A stretch of 64,000 nt of DNA, from NCBI GenBank assembly GCA_963803925.1, contig CAWDOM010000008.1, positions 85,154 to 149,153 of the forward strand, written 5' to 3'. Each line of letters starts with the position of its first letter. The first letter of the stretch is position 1. A program made the translations under genes and the position numbers. Shown here piece after piece: positions 54,661 to 62,279 of this stretch. The DNA comes from an uncultured Actinomycetota bacterium (lineage in GTDB: Bacteria; Actinomycetota; Thermoleophilia; RBG-16-64-13). The notes beneath the pieces were generated by a model. That model did no database searches and was not told the origin of the DNA. It saw only the letters and a program-made list of their open reading frames with translations.

Positions 54661-54702
54661 CTCCGCGGGACGTTACGGTTCCCGTGGAGCTTTTGCGCAT
54701 TT
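54661..54702 (+). promoter_or_regulatory. Terminator-like hairpin sequestering the SD, immediately upstream of the CDF transporter start (attenuator/riboswitch expression-platform candidate)
   Basis: CTCCGCGGGA-CGTTACGGT-TCCCGTGGAG (10 bp including one G:U), followed by CTTTTGCGCATTT and then ATG 54703. The only GGAG near the start is in the 3' arm. An upstream GGAGC (54641-54645) can alternatively pair with GCTCC of the 5' arm. Confidence 0.45.
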
Positions 54703-55707
54703 ATGGGGGATCTCTTGAAGTTGGCAGGCAACAAGAAGACACAGGCCGCTGTTCTGTCGGTGGCGTCCAACAGCCTCCTCATCGTTCTCAAAGTGGTGGT
54801 CGGCGTCGTCACAGGTTCGGTGGCGGTGCTGTCGGAGGCGATCCATTCGGCGATCGACCTCGTCGCGGCCTTCATCGCTTGGTTCGCCGTACGCGTTTCG
54901 AGTCACGAAGCCGACGAGCAACATCCATACGGACACGGCAAGGTCGAGAACATCTCGGGCACGATCGAAGCGCTGCTCATCTTCGCCGCCGCGGCCTGGA
55001 TCATCTACGAAGCGATTCGCAAGCTGGCCGACCCTGAGCCTGTAAACATGCCGGTGTGGGGCGTGGCGGTGATGCTCGTCTCAGCTGTCGTCAACACCTT
55101 CGTTTCGCGGCGGCTGGCGAAGGTCGGCAAGGAGACCGACTCGGTGGCCCTCCAAGCCGACGCTTGGCATCTTCGCACCGACGTCTACACATCGGTCGGC
55201 GTGATGTTCGGCCTACTGGTAATAGTGATCGTGCGGCTCGTCTCGCCGGACGTGAACGTGAGCTGGATAGATCCGGCAGTCGCCATCGTGGTGGCTCTCA
55301 TGATCGTGCGGGCCGCATGGAGGCTTACGCGGGATGCGGCCCGAGATCTGCTCGACGCCCGCCTGCCAGGCGAGGACATCGATTGGATCGCGGGCTATGT
55401 GGCCGAGACCTGGCCCGACGTCCGTAGCTTTCATCACCTGCGCACTCGCAAGGCCGGTTCGAACCGTTTCATCGACTGCCATCTGGTGGTCGACGACGCC
55501 ATGTCGGTGGGCGAGGCCCATAGGTTGGGCGACGAGATCGTCGCGGCGATCAAGGAAAGGCTTCCTGAGACGAGGGTGCACATCCATGTGGAGCCCTGCG
55601 CCTTCGACTGTTCCGATTCGTGCGCGAGCGGCTGCGAGGTGTCGCCCGAGGAGCGCAAGACGCAGAAGGCGGCCCGTGTCGGCCGGCGCGGCCCAGTCGA
55701 CGGCTGA
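54703..55707 (+). CDS. Cation diffusion facilitator (CDF) family metal efflux transporter
   Basis: AAVLSVASNSLLIVLKVVVGVVTGSVAVLSEAIHSAIDL, HPYGHGKVE, LQADAWHLRTDV, and a cytoplasmic C-terminal domain. Cys-rich tail CAFDCSDSCASGC. The track ORF extends upstream through the leader. Confidence 0.9.
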   Translation: MGDLLKLAGNKKTQAAVLSVASNSLLIVLKVVVGVVTGSVAVLSEAIHSAIDLVAAFIAWFAVRVSSHEADEQHPYGHGKVENISGTIEALLIFAAAAWIIYEAIRKLADPEPVNMPVWGVAVMLVSAVVNTFVSRRLAKVGKETDSVALQADAWHLRTDVYTSVGVMFGLLVIVIVRLVSPDVNVSWIDPAVAIVVALMIVRAAWRLTRDAARDLLDARLPGEDIDWIAGYVAETWPDVRSFHHLRTRKAGSNRFIDCHLVVDDAMSVGEAHRLGDEIVAAIKERLPETRVHIHVEPCAFDCSDSCASGCEVSPEERKTQKAARVGRRGPVDG

Positions 55708-56138
55708 TGAGGGATCTTCAGACCTCGGTCGACGACTGCCTGCTCAGACTTCCGCTCGAAAACCGGCAGGGCGTGGAGGCAATCGTCCTCGTGCCCGGCA
55801 GCGCGGTGGGCGAACCTGCGCTCGCCCTCGAGGTCGAGGTGGGTCTGGCCGGCGGCCGGTCTCGCCGCGTGCAGGTCCGTTCTCGCGCGTGGGTCAACGG
55901 CTACCTCGACGGCAAGGGTCGCGCCGATTGCTGCCGCAGCCTGCTCTTTCCGCCCGATATCCTTGCGATCGTCGAACCGACGGTCATCGTCGAGGAGGTG
56001 GCGGCCCACAGCATCGTGCGCGGCGTGATGTGTCTCTTGCGTCACGGGGGCGCCGGACCTGTCGACGAGGGCGAGTATGGGCGATACTTGGAGCCTAGCG
56101 ATCACGCGAAGACCAAGGAGACTGAGGAGGCGGGATGA
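55707..56138 (+). CDS. Hypothetical protein (translationally coupled between the CDF and acyl-CoA synthetase genes)
   Basis: 143 aa from an ATG overlapping the CDF stop (TGATG). The stop overlaps the next start (ATGA). Strong third-position G+C bias. No recognisable motif beyond a degenerate ...AIVLVPGSAVGEP... segment. Confidence 0.6.
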   Translation: MRDLQTSVDDCLLRLPLENRQGVEAIVLVPGSAVGEPALALEVEVGLAGGRSRRVQVRSRAWVNGYLDGKGRADCCRSLLFPPDILAIVEPTVIVEEVAAHSIVRGVMCLLRHGGAGPVDEGEYGRYLEPSDHAKTKETEEAG

Positions 56139-58366
56139 CCAAGCCGGGACGGACACTCATCGAGGAGGCCCTAGCGAGCGGCGCGGCCGCTCTCGATGAG
56201 GACGCGGGCAAGCAGTTCTTCGCCGCGTACGGCATCGCGGTGCCGCAGGGTGGCACCGTCAACTCAGCCGACGAGGCGGTCGCGCTCGCCGTGAAGATAG
56301 GCTTTCCGGTTGTGATGAAGGGCTCTGCTCCCTCGATTCAACACAAGACCGACGCGGGTCTCGTGATCTTGCGGGTGAGCGACGAGACAGAGGTCCGCGA
56401 GGCCTATCGCACGCTCGAGACCCGGACGGCGGCCGCCGGGGCGGCTCTCGAAGGGGTGCTCGTCGAGCACATGGTGATCGGCAGGCGCGAGTTCGTCGTC
56501 GGGCTCGTACGCGACCTGCTCTTCGGGCCGGTGGTCATGTTCGGACTCGGTGGCATCTACACCGAAGCTCTCAAAGACGTGGCGTTCGCGGTGGCTCCCC
56601 TATCCGAGGGCGACGCCTACGAGCTTCTCGACCAGATCGAGGCGAAGGTGCTGCTCGGTCCGGTGCGCGGGGAGCCTGCCGTCGACCGGGAGGAACTCGT
56701 GAAGACCATCATGGCCGTTGGCCAGATGGCCGAGGACCATCCCGAGATCCGCGAGATCGATGTGAACCCGCTGCTCATCGACGGGTCGACGCCCGTCGCC
56801 GTGGACGCCCTCATAGCGGTGGGCGAGCCGGTGCGGGTCTCCACGCGGCCTCCGGCCGACATCTCCCGGCTGGATACCATGCTGGCGCCGCGCAGCGTCG
56901 CGGTGGTGGGAGCCTCGTCGGACACCTCCAAGTGGGGCGGGATGCTGGTAGCAAACCTACGGTTGGGCGAGTTTCCAGGACCTATCTACCTCGTGAATCC
57001 CAAGGGCGGCACGATCCTGGGCCTCCCGGTCTATCCGACCATAAGCGACTTGCCGGAGACGCCCGAGTTGGTGCTGATCGCGGTGCCTTCGAAGTTCGTC
57101 AACGGCGTCATGGAGGAGTGTGGACGCCGGGGAGTCGCCGCGGTGGTCGTGGTGTCGGCGGGCTTCTCGGAGATGGGCCCCGAGGGCCGGGCCATGGAAG
57201 ACGAGATGATCGCCATCGCCGATAGGTACGACATGGCGCTGGTAGGGCCCAACTGCATGGGCGTCATTTCGTCGCACCACAAGTTGTACGGCACGGGCTT
57301 CATGCTGGTCCGTCCGGAGCCGGGCGGAGCGAGCATGGTGTCGCAATCGGGCAACCTGGGCCTTCAGCTGTTGGTGTCGGCCGAGAGCCGGCGCGGGGGC
57401 GTGGGCAAGTTCATCGGCGTGGGCAACGAGGCCATGATCGACGCCGTCGACTTCATCAACTACCTGCACAACGACCCCGATACCAACACCATCGTGGCCT
57501 ATATGGAGGGTTTCGACGACGGCCGGCGCCTGCTCGACGTGGTGCGCGAGACCTCCCTCGACAAACCCGTCGTGGTTCTCCGGGGCGGCATGAGCGAATA
57601 CGGCAAGAAGGCCGCGGCGTCGCATACGGGCGCGCTCACGTCGTCCACGGCTGTCTTCCAGGCGGCGGCACGGCAGTCGGGACTGATCGTGGTGACCGAC
57701 CCCGACGAGTTCATGGACCTCACCTTCGCCCTAGCCTACATGCCACTGCCCGCGGGCAAGCGAGTGGCCGTCGCCACGCTCGGCGGCGGCTGGGGAGTGC
57801 TGGTTTCTGACGAGATCGCCCGCTCGGGTCTGGAATTGGCCGGACTCTCGGCCGAAGTGACCGAAGCGCTCAACAAGGTGTTGCCTGCTTACTGGAGCCA
57901 CTCCAACCCCATCGACATGGTGGCTACGGTGACCCCGGGCGTGCCCGAGGCGGTCGTCGAAGCGCTCGCGGCGAGCGACCAGGTCGACGCCATCATCGTC
58001 ATGGGAGTCGTCGGCTCGGTGGGGGAGAGCCGCCGGGCTGTGAGCGAACTCGAGGAGATGAAGACCATCGAGGGAGCCGAAGGCGACATGTCGCGCGCCG
58101 ATCACTGCCGTGACGATCTCGGAGTCGAGCCCGAGCTGAGTGAACGCGAATTCGATTTCATCAAGAATTGTGCCGGACTCATGGACCGGTACCGCAAGCC
58201 GATCGTCAATATCTCGCAACGGCCGCTGACTCAGGCCATCTACTCCGCGGGTGGGCGCCACGCCAGTTTCATCTTGCCGTCGCCGCTGCGGGGCGTGCGC
58301 ATCCTTGGCAAGATGGCGGCATATGGAGCGTACCTGCGGCGCAAGGGGCGTAGTCTCAACTCCTGA
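56135..58366 (+). CDS. ADP-forming acetyl-/acyl-CoA synthetase (fused ATP-grasp + CoA-binding/ligase domains)
   Basis: 743 aa. N-terminal ATP-grasp (EAKQ-like FFAAYGIAVP...PVVMKGS...HKTDAGLV). Then the CoA-binding Rossmann SVAVVGASSDTSKWGG and ligase-CoA ...MVSQSGNLG...HTGALTSS. Confidence 0.9.
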   Translation: MTKPGRTLIEEALASGAAALDEDAGKQFFAAYGIAVPQGGTVNSADEAVALAVKIGFPVVMKGSAPSIQHKTDAGLVILRVSDETEVREAYRTLETRTAAAGAALEGVLVEHMVIGRREFVVGLVRDLLFGPVVMFGLGGIYTEALKDVAFAVAPLSEGDAYELLDQIEAKVLLGPVRGEPAVDREELVKTIMAVGQMAEDHPEIREIDVNPLLIDGSTPVAVDALIAVGEPVRVSTRPPADISRLDTMLAPRSVAVVGASSDTSKWGGMLVANLRLGEFPGPIYLVNPKGGTILGLPVYPTISDLPETPELVLIAVPSKFVNGVMEECGRRGVAAVVVVSAGFSEMGPEGRAMEDEMIAIADRYDMALVGPNCMGVISSHHKLYGTGFMLVRPEPGGASMVSQSGNLGLQLLVSAESRRGGVGKFIGVGNEAMIDAVDFINYLHNDPDTNTIVAYMEGFDDGRRLLDVVRETSLDKPVVVLRGGMSEYGKKAAASHTGALTSSTAVFQAAARQSGLIVVTDPDEFMDLTFALAYMPLPAGKRVAVATLGGGWGVLVSDEIARSGLELAGLSAEVTEALNKVLPAYWSHSNPIDMVATVTPGVPEAVVEALAASDQVDAIIVMGVVGSVGESRRAVSELEEMKTIEGAEGDMSRADHCRDDLGVEPELSEREFDFIKNCAGLMDRYRKPIVNISQRPLTQAIYSAGGRHASFILPSPLRGVRILGKMAAYGAYLRRKGRSLNS

Positions 58367-59682
58367 TGGCAGGGCCGCCCCCGGAGCCGCGGCGGCACCT
58401 GCTGCCGGCCGCCATCGCGGAGGAGATCGCCGCCGACGGTGGTCGCGTGACGTTCGCCCGCTTCATGGAACTGGCTCTCACTCATCCCCTCGAGGGCTAC
58501 TACAGCCGCGCAGACCGCGTGCTCGGCCCTCGTGGCGATTTCAGCACTGCCCCGCGGCTCGCGCCCGCTTTCAACCTGGCTGTCGCGAGACTGGCCGGTG
58601 AACTGGTCGACGGCCTGGTGGTGCAGAACGCGACAGCGCGGCGGTTGGGCGACACCGAGGCGGCCGGCGGCACACCGGCCGCCGGCGCGGACTCGACCGG
58701 GCGGCCCGCCGGCGCCCGGGGCGCGGCGGTCGTGGAGCTGGGCGCGGGTGAAGGGGACTTGGCGAGCGCCCTTCTCGGCCACTGGGGCGCCGAGCATCCC
58801 GATCGGAGCGACGCGGTCCGCTACTCCATAGTCGACGTGGGCGCCCGGCTGCGCGCCCGGCAGCGGCGCGCGCTGGCCGGGGCCAGGCGGCGGGGCTGGG
58901 AGGTCGGCTGGGCCGGAAACCTCAGGGAGGCTCTGCGGGGAGCGGATGCGGCCGTGGTGCTCAGCAACGAATTCATCGATGTCCTACCGGTGCATCTGAT
59001 CGACGTGCGCGGCCCGGAGCCGCGCGAGGCCTGGGTCGAACTTACTGAAGCCGCCGGAGGCCGCGCCGCTCGCGAGGTGTGGCTGCCGCCGTGTCCGGAG
59101 GCGGGGGCGGAGATGAGGACTGTGCTCGCGAGCGATGACGCCGCGGTGCTGCGCCGCCTGACCCGGGACGGCCTCGTGGAGTTGCGTCCTTCGGTCGCCA
59201 GGGTGTTCGACGATCTGGCTGCTTGCCGGCTCCCAGCGTGCCTCTTGACAATCGACTATGGGGAGTTCTTCGCCGCCGGCCCGGGCGCGGCCGCCGCGGA
59301 CGCCGGCGGCCCCCCGGGGGGCACGGGGCGGCCTGGCCGCGTGCCGCTGCGCGGGCGGACGCTCCGGGGCTTCTTCCGTCACCAGGTTGTGTTCGACGCG
59401 TACGAGCGGGTGGGACGGCAGGACCTGACTGCCGACGTCGACTTCGCGGCTCTTAGTCTTCATGGCGGGCAGAAAGGCTTCGAAACTGTCGTCTTCACCA
59501 CCGTGGCGGCCTTGCTCGGGGCGAACGGCGGCGAGGAGCGGCTCCGGTCGTTGCGGCATGCGGCGGGCAGCGCGAGCGCGAGCGCCCTGGATGCCGACCG
59601 GGAGGCCACCGTACTCGCGGCTCTGCTCGACGAGGACGGCGTCGGCGGCTCGTTCAAGGTGATGCTTCAGGTCAAGGAGTAG
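58366..59682 (+). CDS. MidA/NDUFAF7-like class I SAM-dependent methyltransferase (DUF185)
   Basis: VTFARFMELALTHPLEGYYSR...GDFSTAPRLAPAF...VVELGAGEGDLA...VLSNEFIDVLPVH. TGATG overlap with the upstream gene. Confidence 0.85.
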   Translation: MAGPPPEPRRHLLPAAIAEEIAADGGRVTFARFMELALTHPLEGYYSRADRVLGPRGDFSTAPRLAPAFNLAVARLAGELVDGLVVQNATARRLGDTEAAGGTPAAGADSTGRPAGARGAAVVELGAGEGDLASALLGHWGAEHPDRSDAVRYSIVDVGARLRARQRRALAGARRRGWEVGWAGNLREALRGADAAVVLSNEFIDVLPVHLIDVRGPEPREAWVELTEAAGGRAAREVWLPPCPEAGAEMRTVLASDDAAVLRRLTRDGLVELRPSVARVFDDLAACRLPACLLTIDYGEFFAAGPGAAAADAGGPPGGTGRPGRVPLRGRTLRGFFRHQVVFDAYERVGRQDLTADVDFAALSLHGGQKGFETVVFTTVAALLGANGGEERLRSLRHAAGSASASALDADREATVLAALLDEDGVGGSFKVMLQVKE

Positions 59683-59733
59683 CGCCCTCAGGGCTTAGCG
59701 GCGGCTCCGGCTTCGGGTCGTCCACGGTGGACC

Positions 59734-61011
59734 CTACTCGGGCGAGGGCGCTCCCTCGGGCTCGTAGTAGGCGCGGTCGTCACGTATGGTCAACTGGACT
59801 CCAAGATCGGCGCTGAAGCCGGCCACCCGCTTGAGAATCGAGGCCGCGTGGTCGCCCGTGACGGGCGAAGGCACCCCGGTAACCTCGCTCAGATAGATCG
59901 GGATCAGCTCGAAGCTCGGCTCGCCCTTGCCTGGTATGGCGACCCGGAGGATGACGGTCTCGCCGGTCTCGCGGGAGTAGTGGTCCCAGACGAAGTCGCC
60001 GAGGCTGTAGGCGATGAGCCTGTCGTTGTAGATCTCGAAGCCCTGTAGAACGTGGGGGTGGTGGCCGAGCACGAGGTCGGCTCCCGCGTCGATCACGGCG
60101 TGGGCGAGTTCGCGCTGTGTCTGGTTGGGCCGCCCCGTGTACTCCTCGCCCCAGTGGAAGCTGCAGATGACGAACTTGGCCTTCTTGGCGGCCTTCTCGA
60201 CCGCCTCGATCATCTTCTTGCGGTCGGGAGTCGTGGTATTGACCCCGGGAGTGTCGGCGCCGGCCGCGAAACCACCGGGGATGATGTCGGTGAAGGCAAG
60301 CACCGCGACCATGCCCGCGGGGGTGATGAGCAGCGAGGGCGCCGACGCCGCCGCGGCGTCGGTGCCCGCTCCCACGTAGTGGACGCCGGCGGCTCGCAGC
60401 CGCGTGAAGGTGTCGAGCAGGGCCTTCGTGCCGTAGTCGTTGCTGTGGTTGTTGGCGAGGCTCACCACATCGATGCCCGCTGAGGCCAGTCCGCCGGCCA
60501 GTGCGGTGCGGCCGCGGAACGTGTACTCCTTCCACGAGGCACGCGTGCCCAGGTCGGAGATGGGCCCTTCCAGGTTGACGAACGCGAGAGACGACTCCTC
60601 GAGAAACGGTCTCACGTTCGCGAACAGGGGCTCGGCGCCGTTCTTGTCTATGAACAGGCCCACACCCCGGTCACCGAGAACGTCCCCGCTCGCGGCTACC
60701 GTGAGCGCTCTCCGGGCGGTGGTCGTCGTGGTCGGCTGTGTGGTAGTAGTCGCCTTGACGGTGGTAGTGGTCACCTCGGTGGTGGTCGTCGTGGCGGCGA
60801 CCGAGAGCGGTGCGCCAGATCCGGGCGGGCCGGCGGTCGAGACGACAGCCGCGGTGAGCGAAGTCTCGACCGTTCTGGCCGAGGCCCACCCCTCGCCCCA
60901 GAAATACGAGACCGCGAGGGCGACCGCCGCGACCCAGACCACGACGGCGGCCACCGTCCATAGGCCGTTGGTCGAGCGCGCGCTCCCGGATGTCATCATC
61001 GTGGGGGACAT
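59734..61011 (-). CDS. CapA-family (PGA_cap metallophosphatase) membrane-anchored protein
   Basis: ATG 61011 (MSPTMMTSG...). TM WTVAAVVVWVAAVALAVSYFW and a Thr-rich linker. ...VAASGDVLGDR...FVNLEGP...SLANNHSNDYG...CSFHWGEEY...VLGHHPHVLQG. The upstream 259 codons of the track ORF overlap the amidase gene and are rejected. Confidence 0.85.
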   Translation of the reverse strand: MSPTMMTSGSARSTNGLWTVAAVVVWVAAVALAVSYFWGEGWASARTVETSLTAAVVSTAGPPGSGAPLSVAATTTTTEVTTTTVKATTTTQPTTTTTARRALTVAASGDVLGDRGVGLFIDKNGAEPLFANVRPFLEESSLAFVNLEGPISDLGTRASWKEYTFRGRTALAGGLASAGIDVVSLANNHSNDYGTKALLDTFTRLRAAGVHYVGAGTDAAAASAPSLLITPAGMVAVLAFTDIIPGGFAAGADTPGVNTTTPDRKKMIEAVEKAAKKAKFVICSFHWGEEYTGRPNQTQRELAHAVIDAGADLVLGHHPHVLQGFEIYNDRLIAYSLGDFVWDHYSRETGETVILRVAIPGKGEPSFELIPIYLSEVTGVPSPVTGDHAASILKRVAGFSADLGVQLTIRDDRAYYEPEGAPSPE

Positions 61012-61020
61012 GCCGTTGAG

Positions 61021-61026
61021 TATAAT
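61021..61026 (+). promoter_or_regulatory. -10 hexamer TATAAT positioned for a leaderless amidase transcript
   Basis: TATAAT is followed by 6 nt (AGCCAA) and then ATG 61033. No SD is present. The whole divergent intergenic gap to capA is 21 nt. Confidence 0.4.
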
Positions 61027-61032
61027 AGCCAA

Positions 61033-62103
61033 ATGCGTCCAGTCGGCAGAGGTGATAAAGGCAAACAGGTGGTCGACATCCAGACGCGCCTGGCTGCTTT
61101 GGGATATTTTCTCGGCAACGAAGGCGCCGACGGCATGTTCGGACCGCACACAGAGAGGGCCATCAGGGCCTTCCAGCAGACTCGTCTGCTGTTCGCCGAC
61201 GGCATCGTGGGCGACAATTCCTGGACCGAACTCGTGGAGGCCGGCTACAAGCCCGGCGAACGGCTCCTCTACATGCGTGTGCCCCATATGCGCGGCGACG
61301 ACGTGCTCTTCTTGCAGCGGCGCCTCGGCGAACTGGGCTTCGACTGCGGGCCGGGCGACGGCATCTTCTCGCCGGCGCTCGAGGTGGCCGTGACCGACTT
61401 CCAGCGAAACGTCGGTCTCAACGTCGACGGCATAGTGGGCGAGACGACTCTCGACCGCTTGTCGCGGCTCAAGAAACTTGCCGACGACGACCACGGCAGC
61501 ATCGCCGATCGGATGAACGGCTACGTGGGCCAGAGCGATCTCTCCGGCCTGAGGGTGAGCATCGACCCGGCTCATGGCGGCAGCGAGCGCACGTGCATGA
61601 GGCAGTTCGGCGGTGGGTCCGATGAAAAAGATGTGAACCTCGCTCTCGGCAAGGAATTGGCGATGGTTCTCGAGGCCCATGGGGCGATCGTCTTCCTCAC
61701 CCGCGAGGCCGACATCTCCATGCCGCTGTACGAACGCACCGAGGCTGCCAGTGCTTGGGAGCCCCACATGCACTTCTGCATCCATCACGGCGTGAACCGC
61801 AGCCCCAGGGCTGAAGGGGCGGCGACGTACTTCTTCGCCAATCGCACGTACCAGTCAGCGGCCGGCAAGCGCCTGGCCGGATACATCGTCGACGCTCTGT
61901 CGAAGGATCTGGGGCGGGTCGACCTGCACAAACACGGGCGCAACTATGCCAGCCTGCGTGAGGTCAAGCCGCTCTCTGTCATGGTCGAGCCCGGGTTTCT
62001 GACCCACCCGCAGGAAGGTCCACTTCTGTTGGAGCCAGCGATTATCACACGTGAGGCTCGGGCGATTCTCCGCGGTATCGAGGCCTATCTGGCACGGCTT
62101 TGA
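61033..62103 (+). CDS. N-acetylmuramoyl-L-alanine amidase with two N-terminal peptidoglycan-binding domains (CwlM-like architecture)
   Basis: Two PG_binding_1 repeats (VVDIQTRLAALGYF...DGMFGPHTERAIRAFQ and VLFLQRRLGELGFDCGPGDGIFSPALEVAVTDFQ). Then the Amidase_3 core IDPAHGG...FCIHHGV...PGFLTHPQE. Confidence 0.9.
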   Translation: MRPVGRGDKGKQVVDIQTRLAALGYFLGNEGADGMFGPHTERAIRAFQQTRLLFADGIVGDNSWTELVEAGYKPGERLLYMRVPHMRGDDVLFLQRRLGELGFDCGPGDGIFSPALEVAVTDFQRNVGLNVDGIVGETTLDRLSRLKKLADDDHGSIADRMNGYVGQSDLSGLRVSIDPAHGGSERTCMRQFGGGSDEKDVNLALGKELAMVLEAHGAIVFLTREADISMPLYERTEAASAWEPHMHFCIHHGVNRSPRAEGAATYFFANRTYQSAAGKRLAGYIVDALSKDLGRVDLHKHGRNYASLREVKPLSVMVEPGFLTHPQEGPLLLEPAIITREARAILRGIEAYLARL

Positions 62104-62279
62104 GGCACGAGCCGAGTGGTCGGCAGGGCTGGTATCTGCTACAGTGCACGAGAATTTGAACCGGGTGGCCTCGGCCGCCCGCAGTAAAAAGCTATCAGGA
62201 GGCACCGATCATAGCCGGTATTTCAGGTGGCATCGGGCGGCGTCTGTTCTTCCTTCTCTTCATCCTCATCGGCATCCCC

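Noticed and set aside
54538-54702. N-terminal extension of the CDF ORF
   Set aside because: The extension is Arg-rich and not membrane-protein-like, and it covers a structured leader. CDF homology starts at MGDLLKLAGNKK (54703).
55434-56156. 240-aa minus-strand ORF opposite the 143-aa hypothetical gene
   Set aside because: The plus-strand frame has the strong third-position G+C bias and start/stop coupling to both neighbours. The minus frame is Arg/His-rich.
61012-61788. N-terminal 259 codons of track ORF 59734..61788 (would make CapA 684 aa)
   Set aside because: It overlaps the strongly supported amidase gene on the other strand. The CapA-family sequence, its TM anchor and an ATG all begin at 61011.
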